Position numbers and translations under genes: made by a program. Below, in pieces: positions 9,243-19,462 of a stretch of 64,000 bases of DNA. The stretch covers positions 224,001 to 288,000 of the forward strand of contig JBBRSB010000002.1 in NCBI GenBank assembly GCA_038245785.1, written 5' to 3'. The first letter of the stretch is position 1. Each line of letters begins with the position of its first letter. The DNA is from Gloeobacterales cyanobacterium (GTDB lineage Bacteria; Cyanobacteriota; Cyanobacteriia; Gloeobacterales; PMM-0068). The notes under the pieces are model-generated. The model was given only the letters and a program-made list of their open reading frames with translations, searched no databases and was not told the origin of the DNA.

Positions 9243-10121
9243 CTAGACATAATCCTTGCGTTGGGATTCTAAAAATGTTGTTACCGCTTGATTAAACGCG
9301 ATCGGTTCCACCAGAAAGCACCAATGATTACCAGGAACCAGGACAATCTGCAGGTCTTTTAGATAGGTTCGATAGGGTTTGAGTTGCCATGCAGTGCGGT
9401 TCAGTCCCCGTTCTGGCTGAACAAACAATGTTGGAATCGCGATCGCGGTTGTTAACCCGGCAACCTCCATTACATCAACAAAGATCTCATCTCTGGCTTG
9501 CGCCACAAACTTACTTCCCCATGTACCATCTGGTTTCTGTTCAATACCCGCCTCAAACACTGCCTGCTGCAAGTCACTCCAGCCGTTATATTGTTTCAGT
9601 TGCTGCGCCTGATGCTCAGCCTGTTCATGGGTCTCAAAGGGCCCCAACAGTTTGAGAAACGGTAGCATGCGATACAACAAGGGAAAGGTTGGTTTCAACC
9701 AGCGGGGAATTTGGTTGATAAAAAAGGGATCGACCAACACCAGACTCCGAATAGCCTGGGGGTGCTGTTTTGCCCAAACGGCTGCTACTTTAGCCGACCA
9801 AGAATGAGCAACTACATGGGCAGAAGAGAAGCCCAGATGCGCCATCAATGCTTCCAGATCGGCAATAATATCAGCACAGCGATAGCCATTCAAAGGTTTA
9901 CTGCTGTTGCCATGTCCCCGCAAATCAGGGGCAATGATATGGTAACGGTCTTGCAGACTTTCTCCCAGCCCTACCCAGACCATACTGTGATCCGCCATAC
10001 CATGCAGTAAGAGCAATGGCTCCTGTCCCCGGTTCCACTCTAAGTAAGACAGTTGTAGGTTTGGCGACTTCAACATTTTCTGATGCGCCTTGATTCTAGT
10101 TAATAGTTCCTCTCCCTTCAT
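9243..10121 (-). CDS. Alpha/beta fold hydrolase (start uncertain)
   Basis: LLHG, DLRGHG, nucleophile elbow AHSWS and GNHW. Confidence 0.88.
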   Translation of the reverse strand: MKGEELLTRIKAHQKMLKSPNLQLSYLEWNRGQEPLLLLHGMADHSMVWVGLGESLQDRYHIIAPDLRGHGNSSKPLNGYRCADIIADLEALMAHLGFSSAHVVAHSWSAKVAAVWAKQHPQAIRSLVLVDPFFINQIPRWLKPTFPLLYRMLPFLKLLGPFETHEQAEHQAQQLKQYNGWSDLQQAVFEAGIEQKPDGTWGSKFVAQARDEIFVDVMEVAGLTTAIAIPTLFVQPERGLNRTAWQLKPYRTYLKDLQIVLVPGNHWCFLVEPIAFNQAVTTFLESQRKDYV

Positions 10122-10303
10122 ACGTATAGACCGATTTGAACACGACTCTTCAATCAAATCATCAACTTCATAAAGAATGCTGCAAAACCTAACATTAGCA
10201 AGAGATGCAGCACACCTCAACCACCGTTGTACCTGCGAGCGACAGCCCGTCCACTCCTGTACTTAAGGGCAAACATCCTAGGGCGTTCTACAATTAATTC
10301 TGT

Positions 10304-10981
10304 TTAGCACCAAGATTGTTCATCGGGGGGATTGTGTAGCAATTCTCGAATATTGGCTTCGATCACCCGATACCCTACGTTGCCGTTGAGCCGTTGTCGT
10401 CCCTCATTAAAAATTAGGGTAGGGCTGACAGACACCGTATGCTCTTTGACTAACTCAAAATCCTTGGAGAGCTGAACATAAGCCTCGCCACTATCGATCT
10501 GATCTTGGATGGCGGCGATCGGGAATCCTAACTTCTCCGCAATTTCAAATTGCACCTTGCGATCGGAAACGTTTGCCAGTTGGGTAAAGAATGCCTCCCG
10601 AAATGCCCAGGTTGCTTTTTCAAAAACCTTCTCTGCTGGTTGAACGATTCCCTTCATTTCCAGTAGTTGAATCGCATGCAGAAACACATGACAGGATGTG
10701 GAGGAGGGTGGCGTAACGTTAGTCCAAATATCAGGATGAACAGTGATGTGATTGAACTTTTTCGCGACCTCCTGAACATGGTCGCTATATCCTTTTAAGC
10801 CACCGCGATCGCGCCATCGATTCTCCAGCTTTTCACGGGCATTCCCAAAAACGGGGACAAAGTGTTGATCGATCGCAATCTTGTCTTGAAAGGTTGATTT
10901 CAACTTATCCAAACGGATTTGAGCAATATAAGCCCAAATGCAGAGAACATCGGAAAAGTAAAAGATACGAATGGGTTCCAT
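10304..10981 (-). CDS. DsbA/FrnE-like thioredoxin-fold protein
   Basis: FSDVLCIWAY, cis-Pro loop VSPT and GRQRLNGNVGY. Confidence 0.82.
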   Translation of the reverse strand: MEPIRIFYFSDVLCIWAYIAQIRLDKLKSTFQDKIAIDQHFVPVFGNAREKLENRWRDRGGLKGYSDHVQEVAKKFNHITVHPDIWTNVTPPSSTSCHVFLHAIQLLEMKGIVQPAEKVFEKATWAFREAFFTQLANVSDRKVQFEIAEKLGFPIAAIQDQIDSGEAYVQLSKDFELVKEHTVSVSPTLIFNEGRQRLNGNVGYRVIEANIRELLHNPPDEQSWC

Positions 10982-11069
10982 GATTATTCCAGTAGCGGCA
11001 TAAGACCTACCCCAAGGATAAATAACAGTCTGGGAAAGGAAACTCATGGACTCCAAATTCAGGACTGGA

Positions 11070-11097
11070 CAATATATAACTGTATAGTTGTATATTG
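11070..11097. promoter_or_regulatory. AT-rich inverted repeat, candidate ArsR/BigR/SqrR-type operator
   Basis: CAATATATAACT-GTAT-AGTTGTATATTG (11 of 12 positions pair) in the divergent dsbA / DUF2892-sqr intergenic region. Confidence 0.55.
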
Positions 11098-11214
11098 GAG
11101 AAGACCGAGAGGTCTCTCCTGAAAACAGGAGAGTTCATCCCGCTCGCACGGCCCTCACAAGTTCTTCAATATTGAGTCTTAGCGTGGAATTTAGTACACA
11201 AGGAGTTCACTCTG

Positions 11215-11409
11215 ATGAACATCAATCGTTACTTGCGGTTATTTGCTGGTCTATTCATTTTGATCAGTCTGACCTTGGGATACTTGGTCCATCCAGGATG
11301 GTACTTATTTACGGCCTTTGTCGGGCTTAATTTGCTGCAATCAGCGTTTACGAATTGGTGCCCTCTAATGGCTCTGCTCAAAGCTTTAAAAGTTCCTGAG
11401 ACTGCATAA
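11215..11409 (+). CDS. DUF2892/YgaP-like small membrane protein
   Basis: MNINRYLRLFAG...FVGLNLLQSAFTNWCP; RBS AGGAG. Confidence 0.88.
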   Translation: MNINRYLRLFAGLFILISLTLGYLVHPGWYLFTAFVGLNLLQSAFTNWCPLMALLKALKVPETA

Positions 11410-11460
11410 GGCCAATGAGCTCAGTTGTGTTTATGTTTTCCGTATTTAGGAATATGCAAT

Positions 11461-12750
11461 ATGGCCAATATCGTTGTCATCGGTGCTGGGTTAGGAGGGT
11501 TACCTGCCGCCTATGAATTGCACAAACTACTGGGCAAAGACCATAACATTACCGTAGTTTCTAAGGCCCCCAAATTTGTCTTTACGCCTTCGTTGCCCTG
11601 GGTTGCCTTAGGCCTTTCTCCTCTGGATAAAATCCAGTTTGACTTAGCCCCCGTGCTTCAGAAACAGGGAATTACCTTTATTTCCCAGGCAGCCTCGTAT
11701 ATTGCTTTGGTAGACCAAACAGTCGTCACTAAGGATAGTCAGGTTCTACCCTATGACCACTTAGTAATTGCCACCGGACCAGCTCTCAATTTTGCAGCAG
11801 TGCCTGGATTGGGCCCAGAAGAGGGCTTCACCCATTCTATTTGCACAGGTCCCCATGCCCTAGAGTCTGCTAAAGCCTGGGAGGCCTTTTTACAAGATCC
11901 CGGTCCTATTGTCATCGGAGCAGCACCAGGTGCCAGTTGTTTTGGTCCTGCCTATGAGTTTGCCTTCTTGGTAGACCATGAACTCAAGAAGCGGAAACTC
12001 CGTAAGAAAGTTGAGATCACGTTCGTCACCCCAGAGCCCTACATCGGTCATATGGGCATTGGTGGCATGGCCAATTCCCGCAGGCTGATGGAAGATGCCT
12101 TTAGTGAACGGGGGATTAAGTGGCTGTCCAATGTCGCGATTCAAGAAGTCACGCCCACAGAAATAAAGATGGCAGGTGGACAGGCTTTGCCCTACAAATA
12201 CGCGATGGTTATGCCTTCTTTTCTCGGTCCTGAGGTGGTTCGCCATTCTGCCGACATCGGAAATGCTAAAGGGTTTGTGCCCGTTGACAAAGTCTGGCAG
12301 CATCCCCAATATCCCAATATTCACTCCGTCGGCGTGATCACAGCCCTGGCACCTGTGGAAGAAACGCCCATCCCCGTAGGAACACCTAAAACCGGACAGA
12401 TGAATGAATCTATGGCCCTTGCCGTTGCCCACAATATTGCCGTGGATTTGGGAGTCCTTAAAGGAAAGAAAGTGACGCCGACGTTGTCTGCGATTTGCTT
12501 CGCGGATATGGGAGACCAAGGAATTGCTTTTCTGGCAGACCCGGTGATTCCCCCCAGAAATAAATCCTATGCTGCGAAAGGTCATTGGGTTCATTGGGTC
12601 AAAGTAGCTTTTGAGCACTACTTCTTGCAGAAGATGAAGGCAGGAATTGCCTTGCCGTTCTATGAAGAACTCAGCCTGAAAGTGCTGGGAATGGAAATGA
12701 CAGAAGCGTTACCAGAGGAGAAGACTGAACTTCAGGAAGTAAAGCCGTGA
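11461..12750 (+). CDS. sqr: Sulfide:quinone oxidoreductase (type I-like)
   Basis: GAGLGG FAD motif, catalytic Cys motifs GASCFGPAYE and AICFADMG, plus PKTG. Confidence 0.88.
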   Translation: MANIVVIGAGLGGLPAAYELHKLLGKDHNITVVSKAPKFVFTPSLPWVALGLSPLDKIQFDLAPVLQKQGITFISQAASYIALVDQTVVTKDSQVLPYDHLVIATGPALNFAAVPGLGPEEGFTHSICTGPHALESAKAWEAFLQDPGPIVIGAAPGASCFGPAYEFAFLVDHELKKRKLRKKVEITFVTPEPYIGHMGIGGMANSRRLMEDAFSERGIKWLSNVAIQEVTPTEIKMAGGQALPYKYAMVMPSFLGPEVVRHSADIGNAKGFVPVDKVWQHPQYPNIHSVGVITALAPVEETPIPVGTPKTGQMNESMALAVAHNIAVDLGVLKGKKVTPTLSAICFADMGDQGIAFLADPVIPPRNKSYAAKGHWVHWVKVAFEHYFLQKMKAGIALPFYEELSLKVLGMEMTEALPEEKTELQEVKP

Positions 12751-12797
12751 AGTTGAGCGTTTTCATGAGTTAGTAAGCAAACAAAGAGGGGAGCGCT

Positions 12798-14075
12798 ATG
12801 TCTGAAGTTACTTCAGAATCACCAACTAGAGAGCAATTCCGGTTACGGTTCCCACCCCATAAAGTTTGGTGGTCTGTCGCTGGAATTGCTCTGGCATTGA
12901 CAGGAGGAGTCTGGACGGCACAACATTTCAGTCAAAGCCCCACGGAGCAGAAAACGACCCTAAGAACACCGATTATTCCTTTGGCTGTAGATACTTTGAC
13001 GGTGCGACTGAAGAAAATCCCGGACAGGCAGGAATTATCAGGAACGATTCAGGCCGTTGACAGTGCTGTTCTATCCACCCGCGTCATGGGACGTATCAAA
13101 ACCCTGGCTTTACAAGAAGGCGACCGGGTCAAAAAAGGACAGGTTGTTGCCCAGATTGATGTCGCTGATATAACCGCCCAGAGTGCACAGGCGCTGGCCG
13201 GAGTTGGGCAAGCCCAGGCGGGGCTTGCCCAGACAAAAGCTACTTTGAACCAGTTGAAGTCTCAACAGGTAGAGGCAAGGGCTTCCTTAAATCTGGCCAA
13301 AATTAACCAGTCACGGACCGCCCAATTGCATAGCGAAGGAGCTATTTCTCAATCGCAACTGGATCAGGCGAACACGGCTTTGGATGTCGCCCAGGCGAAA
13401 GTAGCCCAAGTAGAATCGGCCCTCCGTCAGGGAGAGGCTGCGATTACTCAATCCCAGGCGGCCATTGCTCAGGCTAAGGCTGGATTGGGCGCCACTTCTG
13501 CAAACATTAGTTATGGTGTCATTCGAGCGCCCTTTGATGGAGTCGTGATTCAAAAACTGGCCTACACAGGAGAAATGACTACGCCTGGCGCTCCTTTACT
13601 GAAGCTAGAAAATACAGACCACTTGCGCTTAGAAATTGCTGTCCCCGAGGCGGATCTGCGCTTTCTCCGCATTGGCCAGGCAGTGGTTGTCAAAATTGAT
13701 GCTTTAGGAGAAGAAGAAACCGCAAACGTGAGGCAGATTGTTCCTACGGCTGACCCTAATTCTCGGAGTTTTATCGTCAAAGTTCCACTTAAAAATTCTG
13801 GCCATCTGATTTCTGGCATGTTCGGAAGGATAGAACTTCCCCGTGGTGTTAGAGAAGGGATCATGATTCCAGTCAATACTCTGGTAAGACGAGGGCAGCT
13901 AGAAGGAGTTTATGTTGTTGACGCCAATAATCTGGCGGAGTTGCGTTGGGTTAAAACAGGACGTGTCCAGGATGGTCAGATAGAAATTGTTTCTGGTTTG
14001 ACGAATGGTGACCGCATCATTAGCAGTCATCTTCAGCAGCTCAGTGATGGGCAATCCATAACTTCTAGAGACTAA
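12798..14075 (+). CDS. RND efflux periplasmic adaptor (MFP)
   Basis: N-terminal TM, lipoyl motifs ([16 protein letters not shown]), coiled hairpin and GMFG. Confidence 0.92.
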   Translation: MSEVTSESPTREQFRLRFPPHKVWWSVAGIALALTGGVWTAQHFSQSPTEQKTTLRTPIIPLAVDTLTVRLKKIPDRQELSGTIQAVDSAVLSTRVMGRIKTLALQEGDRVKKGQVVAQIDVADITAQSAQALAGVGQAQAGLAQTKATLNQLKSQQVEARASLNLAKINQSRTAQLHSEGAISQSQLDQANTALDVAQAKVAQVESALRQGEAAITQSQAAIAQAKAGLGATSANISYGVIRAPFDGVVIQKLAYTGEMTTPGAPLLKLENTDHLRLEIAVPEADLRFLRIGQAVVVKIDALGEEETANVRQIVPTADPNSRSFIVKVPLKNSGHLISGMFGRIELPRGVREGIMIPVNTLVRRGQLEGVYVVDANNLAELRWVKTGRVQDGQIEIVSGLTNGDRIISSHLQQLSDGQSITSRD

Positions 14076-14079
14076 ATCT

Positions 14080-17000
14080 ATGCATCAGCATCCAGAAAAA
14101 AAGCTTGGTATTGCAGGCACTATTGCCAGGTATTTTATTGATTCTAAGCTAACTCCTTTACTTATTTTGGTGTCCTTACTCTTGGGGATAGGAGCGACGG
14201 TCATTTTGCCCCGAGAGGAAGAACCGCAAATCAGCGTACCAATGGCTGATGTCTCCGTTAATATGCCTGGAGCTTCGGCAAAAGAAGTAGAGCAACGGGT
14301 TACATACCCGATGGAAAAACTAATCAAAGAGTTGCCGGGGGTGGAATATGTATACTCGACCTCGCGTCCTGGTTCCGCTCTAGTCATCGTTCGGTTTTAC
14401 GTAGGACAGAAAACAGAAGATGCCATCGTCAGACTCTATAACAAGCTTTATTCGAACTTCGATAAGATTCCTGCGGGAGCTTCCCAACCCCTGATAAAAT
14501 CCAGGTCCATTGATGATGTGCCTGTGCTTGCGCTAACCCTTTGGAGCGAACGGGCCAATGGCTCTGAATTGCGCCAGATAGCTGCTCAACTAGATGAACA
14601 AATTAAACAAGTTAAGGATGTTTCTGAAACCACAATCCTCGGTGGCCAGAAACGGCAAATCCAAATTGAACTTGACCCCATTCGGCTCAATGCTTTTGGG
14701 CTTTCTCCCCTTCAGATTTCTCAGACCTTACAAGACCAAAATGTGGAATTAAAAAGTGGGTCTTTTAATCAACAGAATCAATCTTTTCTGGTAAGCACCC
14801 AAAGTTTTTTACGTTCGCCTGAAGATTTGAAGACCTTAGTAGTTGCTGTATCCCGTAATCGTCCTGTGTATCTAGGAGATGTTGCAAACATTCGAGACGG
14901 TTCTGAAGAGCCTTCTAGCTATGTATTCTATGGTCGTGGAAGTCCTGAGCATAATGCTAAAGCTGAGGCTGAAACAGATGCGGTCACCGTTGCTATCGCC
15001 AAACGCCAGGGAGCCAATGCTATTGAAGTGGCCCAAAAAGTACTGGACAAAATGGATGCAATCAAGGCTCGCTATCTGCCCAGAGATGTACATTTGACTG
15101 TCACCCGAAACTACGGAGAAACCGCTGCCGCGCGTTCTAATGAACTCCTGATACACATGCTGATTGCCGTTGCTTCGGTCACCGCCTTGATGTGGTTTGC
15201 TCTGGGTAAAAGAGAATCAGCCGTGGTGGCGGTTGCCATTCCTGTGACCTTGTCGTTAACCCTAGCCAGTTTTATATTTTATGGATTCACCTTAAATCGA
15301 GTAACCTTTTTTGCCCTGATTTTCTCGATTGGGATTTTGGTAGATGACGCGATTGTGGTGGTCGAAAATATAGTTCGTCATCTGCACATGACAGAGAACA
15401 AAAATCGGTCTATACATCAGGTAGTGCTTGAAGCGGTAGATGAAGTGGGAAACCCGACAATTCTGGCAACCCTTGCGGTGATCGCCGCTATCCTCCCCAT
15501 GGCTTTTGTGGGTGGATTGATGGGACCTTATATGCGTCCGATTCCACTGGGCGCATCGGCAGCCATGATTTTCTCGGCCTTAGTTGCTTTCATGATTGTT
15601 CCCTGGGCTGCAGTTCGTATTCTCAAGAGAGACTCTGCGGATCACAGCACTGCTCATGGCCAAGAGGATTTCCTAAGCCGCCTATACCGTCGATTCATGA
15701 CTCCGCTGATCGAACATAGCCTATGGCGCAACCTGTTCTTAGGGGGAACTTTGCTCTTACTCGTGGCAGCTGTTGGTCTCGCTGGTGTGAAACTGGTGAC
15801 CTTGAAGATGTTGCCTTTCGACAACAAGAGTGAACTACAGGTGCTGATCGACATGCCTGAGGGAACCACGCTGGAGCAAACGGCACGGGTGACAAAAGCG
15901 ATGGGTCAATATCTAACCACCGTCCCTGAAGTAACCGATTACCAGAGCTATGTCGGTACCGCCTCTCCGTATAACTTCAATGGCCTGGTCCGCCATTACT
16001 TCTTGAGGTCTGGTCCTCAGGTGGCCGATATTCAAGTCAATTTTCTTCCGAAAGATGAGCGGGACCGTCAAAGTCACACCATTGCTAAAGCGATCCGGCC
16101 CGAGATTCAGAAAATTGCCAGTCGCTATGGAGCCACGATTCAAGTGGCAGAAATCCCTCCCGGTCCCCCCGTGCTGCAAACCCTGGTGACAGAAGTCTAT
16201 GGTCCCGAGTATCAAGGACAAATTGACTTAGCCCGTCAAATCCGCCAGTTGTATCGCCAATCCCCTGGTGTTGTAGATGTGGACTGGTACATGGAGGATC
16301 CCCAAACCGAGTATCGCTTTGTAATCGACCGTCAAAAAGCAGCGCTTAACGGCATCAGTCCTGCCCAGATATCAGAAGCTTTGCAGTCTGCCCTTTCTGG
16401 TCGCAATACAGGCCTTCTCCATGATGAAAATGCCCGTGAGGACATAGCCTTGAATCTCCGTTTCACCCAGGCCAATCGGACCCGTTTAGAAGATTTGCAG
16501 GCCTTGAAACTAGCGGGAACCAACGGCAATTTAGTACCCCTCAGTGCGCTTGTGCACGTCGAAAAAACGACGGCAGACCACAGTATCTACCACAAGAATT
16601 TACAGCCTGTGGTTTATGTTATCGGCGATGTCTCGGGGAAAGTAGATAGCCCGCTGTATTCCATTCTTGACTTGGGACCGAAGATTACCGAGCTTTCTAA
16701 ACAAACGGGCTATTCGATCACTTCATACTTTACAGACCAACCCATGAATACGGAGAACTATGCTATCAAATGGGATGGAGAGTGGCAGGTAACCTATGAA
16801 GTCTTCCGAGATTTAGGCATTGCTTTTGCGGTGGTTTTGGTTCTTATCTATGCCCTTATCGTTGGCTGGTTCCAATCTTTTATCACTCCCCTCGTGATCA
16901 TGGCTGCTATTCCTTTTTCCTTGGTGGGAATTATGCCAGCCCACGCGTTGATGGGGGCCTTCTTTACAGCCACTTCCATGATTGGATTCATCGCGGGGGC

Positions 17001-17364
17001 AGGAATCGTAGTCCGCAATTCAATTATCCTGGTTGATTTTATTGAGCTGCGCCTGAAAGAAGGAATGCCCCTGAAAGAAGCAGTGATTGATGCCGGGGCT
17101 GTGCGCTTCCGTCCCATGCTTTTGACAGCAGCAGCCGTCATAGCGGGCTCCGCGATTATTCTGACCGATCCTATTTTCCAGGGTTTAGCTATTTCACTGA
17201 TGGCAGGAGAAGTGGCCTCCTTACTTCTATCTCGCTCAGCCGTCCCTATTTTGTACTACATGGCATGGCGCAAGAAATGGGAGGCTCCAAAAACGCCCGA
17301 TCTACGGATCGAAACGATGGAGATACCTGTGAGCAAGGCTGAAAGGGGCGATTGGAGTATTTGA
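14080..17364 (+). CDS. RND efflux permease (AcrB/CusA superfamily)
   Basis: [33 protein letters not shown] and RFRPMLLT. Confidence 0.95.
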   Translation: MHQHPEKKLGIAGTIARYFIDSKLTPLLILVSLLLGIGATVILPREEEPQISVPMADVSVNMPGASAKEVEQRVTYPMEKLIKELPGVEYVYSTSRPGSALVIVRFYVGQKTEDAIVRLYNKLYSNFDKIPAGASQPLIKSRSIDDVPVLALTLWSERANGSELRQIAAQLDEQIKQVKDVSETTILGGQKRQIQIELDPIRLNAFGLSPLQISQTLQDQNVELKSGSFNQQNQSFLVSTQSFLRSPEDLKTLVVAVSRNRPVYLGDVANIRDGSEEPSSYVFYGRGSPEHNAKAEAETDAVTVAIAKRQGANAIEVAQKVLDKMDAIKARYLPRDVHLTVTRNYGETAAARSNELLIHMLIAVASVTALMWFALGKRESAVVAVAIPVTLSLTLASFIFYGFTLNRVTFFALIFSIGILVDDAIVVVENIVRHLHMTENKNRSIHQVVLEAVDEVGNPTILATLAVIAAILPMAFVGGLMGPYMRPIPLGASAAMIFSALVAFMIVPWAAVRILKRDSADHSTAHGQEDFLSRLYRRFMTPLIEHSLWRNLFLGGTLLLLVAAVGLAGVKLVTLKMLPFDNKSELQVLIDMPEGTTLEQTARVTKAMGQYLTTVPEVTDYQSYVGTASPYNFNGLVRHYFLRSGPQVADIQVNFLPKDERDRQSHTIAKAIRPEIQKIASRYGATIQVAEIPPGPPVLQTLVTEVYGPEYQGQIDLARQIRQLYRQSPGVVDVDWYMEDPQTEYRFVIDRQKAALNGISPAQISEALQSALSGRNTGLLHDENAREDIALNLRFTQANRTRLEDLQALKLAGTNGNLVPLSALVHVEKTTADHSIYHKNLQPVVYVIGDVSGKVDSPLYSILDLGPKITELSKQTGYSITSYFTDQPMNTENYAIKWDGEWQVTYEVFRDLGIAFAVVLVLIYALIVGWFQSFITPLVIMAAIPFSLVGIMPAHALMGAFFTATSMIGFIAGAGIVVRNSIILVDFIELRLKEGMPLKEAVIDAGAVRFRPMLLTAAAVIAGSAIILTDPIFQGLAISLMAGEVASLLLSRSAVPILYYMAWRKKWEAPKTPDLRIETMEIPVSKAERGDWSI

Positions 17365-17407
17365 GGACTAAAGTCCATGAAGAGCTAAGAGAACTTAAAG
17401 GCAAGAC

Positions 17408-17914
17408 CTAAGACAATTTGTTTGAGAGGCTCTTTTGGATCGTGCTTGCCAGGGTTTCGGGAGTGCTCTCTGCTTCAACACCAATAATCAGGGCTTCGTC
17501 GCTGTCAGGTTCTTCCAGGATCTCAAGCTGACTGCGCAACATAGAGGACTTCATAAAATGGTCTTTTCGCTGTTCCAGTCGTTGTTGAAGTAGTTCGGGA
17601 GACACTTTCAGGTAGACGAAGCGTACCTGTGCAGGATCTACTTGGAGCTGCCGTCGATAGGCTTTCTTCAAGGCAGAGCAAGCAAGGATGGCATTTTCAC
17701 TATGTTTAAGTCGTGCAGTTATTTCAGTACGCAAGATTTCCAGCCAGGGAGCACGGTCAGCATCCGTGAGCGGCTCCCCACGAGACATCTTTGCGACATT
17801 GGCAGGAGGGTGGTAATCGTCTGCATCAAAAAACGTCCAGCCTGTCAGAGCACTTAGAGCCTGACCGACCGTTGTCTTACCACTCCCTGAAACACCAAGC
17901 AGAATAATAATCAC
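17408..17914 (-). CDS. gntK: Gluconokinase
   Basis: GVSGSGKT, DADDYHP, LTDADR, ACSALK and HFM. Confidence 0.92.
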   Translation of the reverse strand: MIIILLGVSGSGKTTVGQALSALTGWTFFDADDYHPPANVAKMSRGEPLTDADRAPWLEILRTEITARLKHSENAILACSALKKAYRRQLQVDPAQVRFVYLKVSPELLQQRLEQRKDHFMKSSMLRSQLEILEEPDSDEALIIGVEAESTPETLASTIQKSLSNKLS

Positions 17915-18106
17915 AAATGCCTATACTGACTTAAACAAAAGAATAGCCGATTGAACCGAAAGATTGTTCATTGCTAATCAATTTTCAACCGCTATATTCT
18001 AGTACGGTAGGCAAGTTAAACCTTTCCCCAGGATTTTAATATTTACCTAGAGATAGTTTCCTAAATGAGGGAACTCTAAACTACGAATCCATCTAAGCTA
18101 CCTATT

Positions 18107-19162
18107 ATGAATAAAATCAGGTTTTCCCAAATTACTGATATTTTAACGATTACCCTGGCTGTTGCTTTAGCCTATACTCAACCTGTATCTAACTGGCTAA
18201 ATAAACAAGCTAGTGCTGATAGTGCAATCCTTGCAGAAAATATTTTATTCAATCGAGCGAAGCAAGAGCACACTAACTTTTTTGATATGCTACAAGCCAC
18301 GCACAGCAAGCAAGCCATCGGTTATTTTCAGCAAGGTATCCGCAAAAAGGAGGCCGGAGACGATCAAGGAGCCGTGCAGGACCTCAACGAAGCTATCCGA
18401 CTCAATCCTCAATACGCAGAGGCCTATAGCAAGCGTTGTGGAATGTTGGCTGATATGGAGAACTATCCAAAAGCTTTAGCAGATTGCAATATGGCAATCC
18501 AACTCAATCCCCAACTCGTCACGGCATACTTCAATCGAGGCCTGACCTACAACGGTATGGGCAAGCAAACAGCAGCCTTTAGAGACTACAGCGAAGCGAT
18601 CCATCTAAATGCCAACTATGGCTATGCCTGGATTAATCGAGGAAACCTCCGTCAAGCCCTAGGAGATTTCAAAGGAGCGATTGGGGACTATAACCAGGCC
18701 ATCCACCTTTATGCGGACCAGACTTGCTTGAGATGTGGCTATACCGAACGCGGAAAGGCCTATGCTCAGCTCAAAGAATACAAAAAAGCGATTCCAGACT
18801 ACACCCAAGTGCTTAAGCTCGCTCCTAACGACGCCTTCCTCTATCTCAAACGAGGGGAAGCCCACCATACCCTAAAAGACTATTCACAGGCACTTGAAGA
18901 CTACACCCAAGTCCTCAGGCTAGAGCCTGCCTCCGGTCGAGCCTACTATGCACGAGCACAGGTATGGACTGAGCAACAAGACTATCAGAGAGCCGAAGAG
19001 GATTACAGCCACGCTCTCCAGCACAGCTACGAACCCTCTATCACCTATAGGAGCAGGGCGCGGGTTCGCGTGTATCTGGGGGATAAGCCAAGCAAGGTGC
19101 AAAGAGCAACCAGCAAAAAGCTGCTGCCCACACAACCACCCTCAGAGCAGCCTGAAAACTAA
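18107..19162 (+). CDS. Tetratricopeptide repeat protein with a frameshifted last repeat
   Basis: Repeated AY.NRG / A..DY..A TPR units and an N-terminal signal/TM segment. Confidence 0.88.
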   Translation: MNKIRFSQITDILTITLAVALAYTQPVSNWLNKQASADSAILAENILFNRAKQEHTNFFDMLQATHSKQAIGYFQQGIRKKEAGDDQGAVQDLNEAIRLNPQYAEAYSKRCGMLADMENYPKALADCNMAIQLNPQLVTAYFNRGLTYNGMGKQTAAFRDYSEAIHLNANYGYAWINRGNLRQALGDFKGAIGDYNQAIHLYADQTCLRCGYTERGKAYAQLKEYKKAIPDYTQVLKLAPNDAFLYLKRGEAHHTLKDYSQALEDYTQVLRLEPASGRAYYARAQVWTEQQDYQRAEEDYSHALQHSYEPSITYRSRARVRVYLGDKPSKVQRATSKKLLPTQPPSEQPEN

Positions 19163-19186
19163 AAAGCCGCCCTAAGAGCGGCTTTA
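19161..19186. terminator. Bidirectional intrinsic terminator
   Basis: AAAAAGCCGC-CCTAAGA-GCGGCTTT between the convergent TPR gene and tRNA-Gly. Confidence 0.7.
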
Positions 19187-19189
19187 AAA

Positions 19190-19264
19190 TGGAGCGGGTG
19201 ATGGGATTCGAACCCACGACATTCACCTTGGCAAGGTGACGCTCTACCACTGAGCTACACCCGC
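19190..19264 (-). tRNA. trnG: tRNA-Gly (GCC)
   Basis: Reverse complement GCGGGTGTAGCTCAGTGGTAGAGCGTCACCTTGCCAAGGTGAATGTCGTGGGTTCGAATCCCATCACCCGCTCCA; CCA is encoded. Confidence 0.97.
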
Positions 19265-19462
19265 GTGAATAAACATGATTCCATTATCGCGCCAGTCTGT
19301 CAACAGAAATTTGCCCTAGGCAAGCACCCTATCCTTAGCTAGGATGAACCGAGGCTCTAAACAAGTCACGATCTCGAACAATCAGGGAGCGAGGCAGAAG
19401 AGACATTATCATAGAGAATAGACGGCTTACTATTGTTTCTGTGCAGCGAGGGTACACACTTT

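Noticed and set aside
11890..12618. 242-aa antisense ORF inside sqr, and similar shadow ORFs in smc, RND, clpB, SNF2 and the secretin
   Set aside because: They lie opposite well-supported genes and have no recognisable motifs.
19041..19250. 69-aa minus-strand ORF
   Set aside because: It overlaps tRNA-Gly and the terminator.
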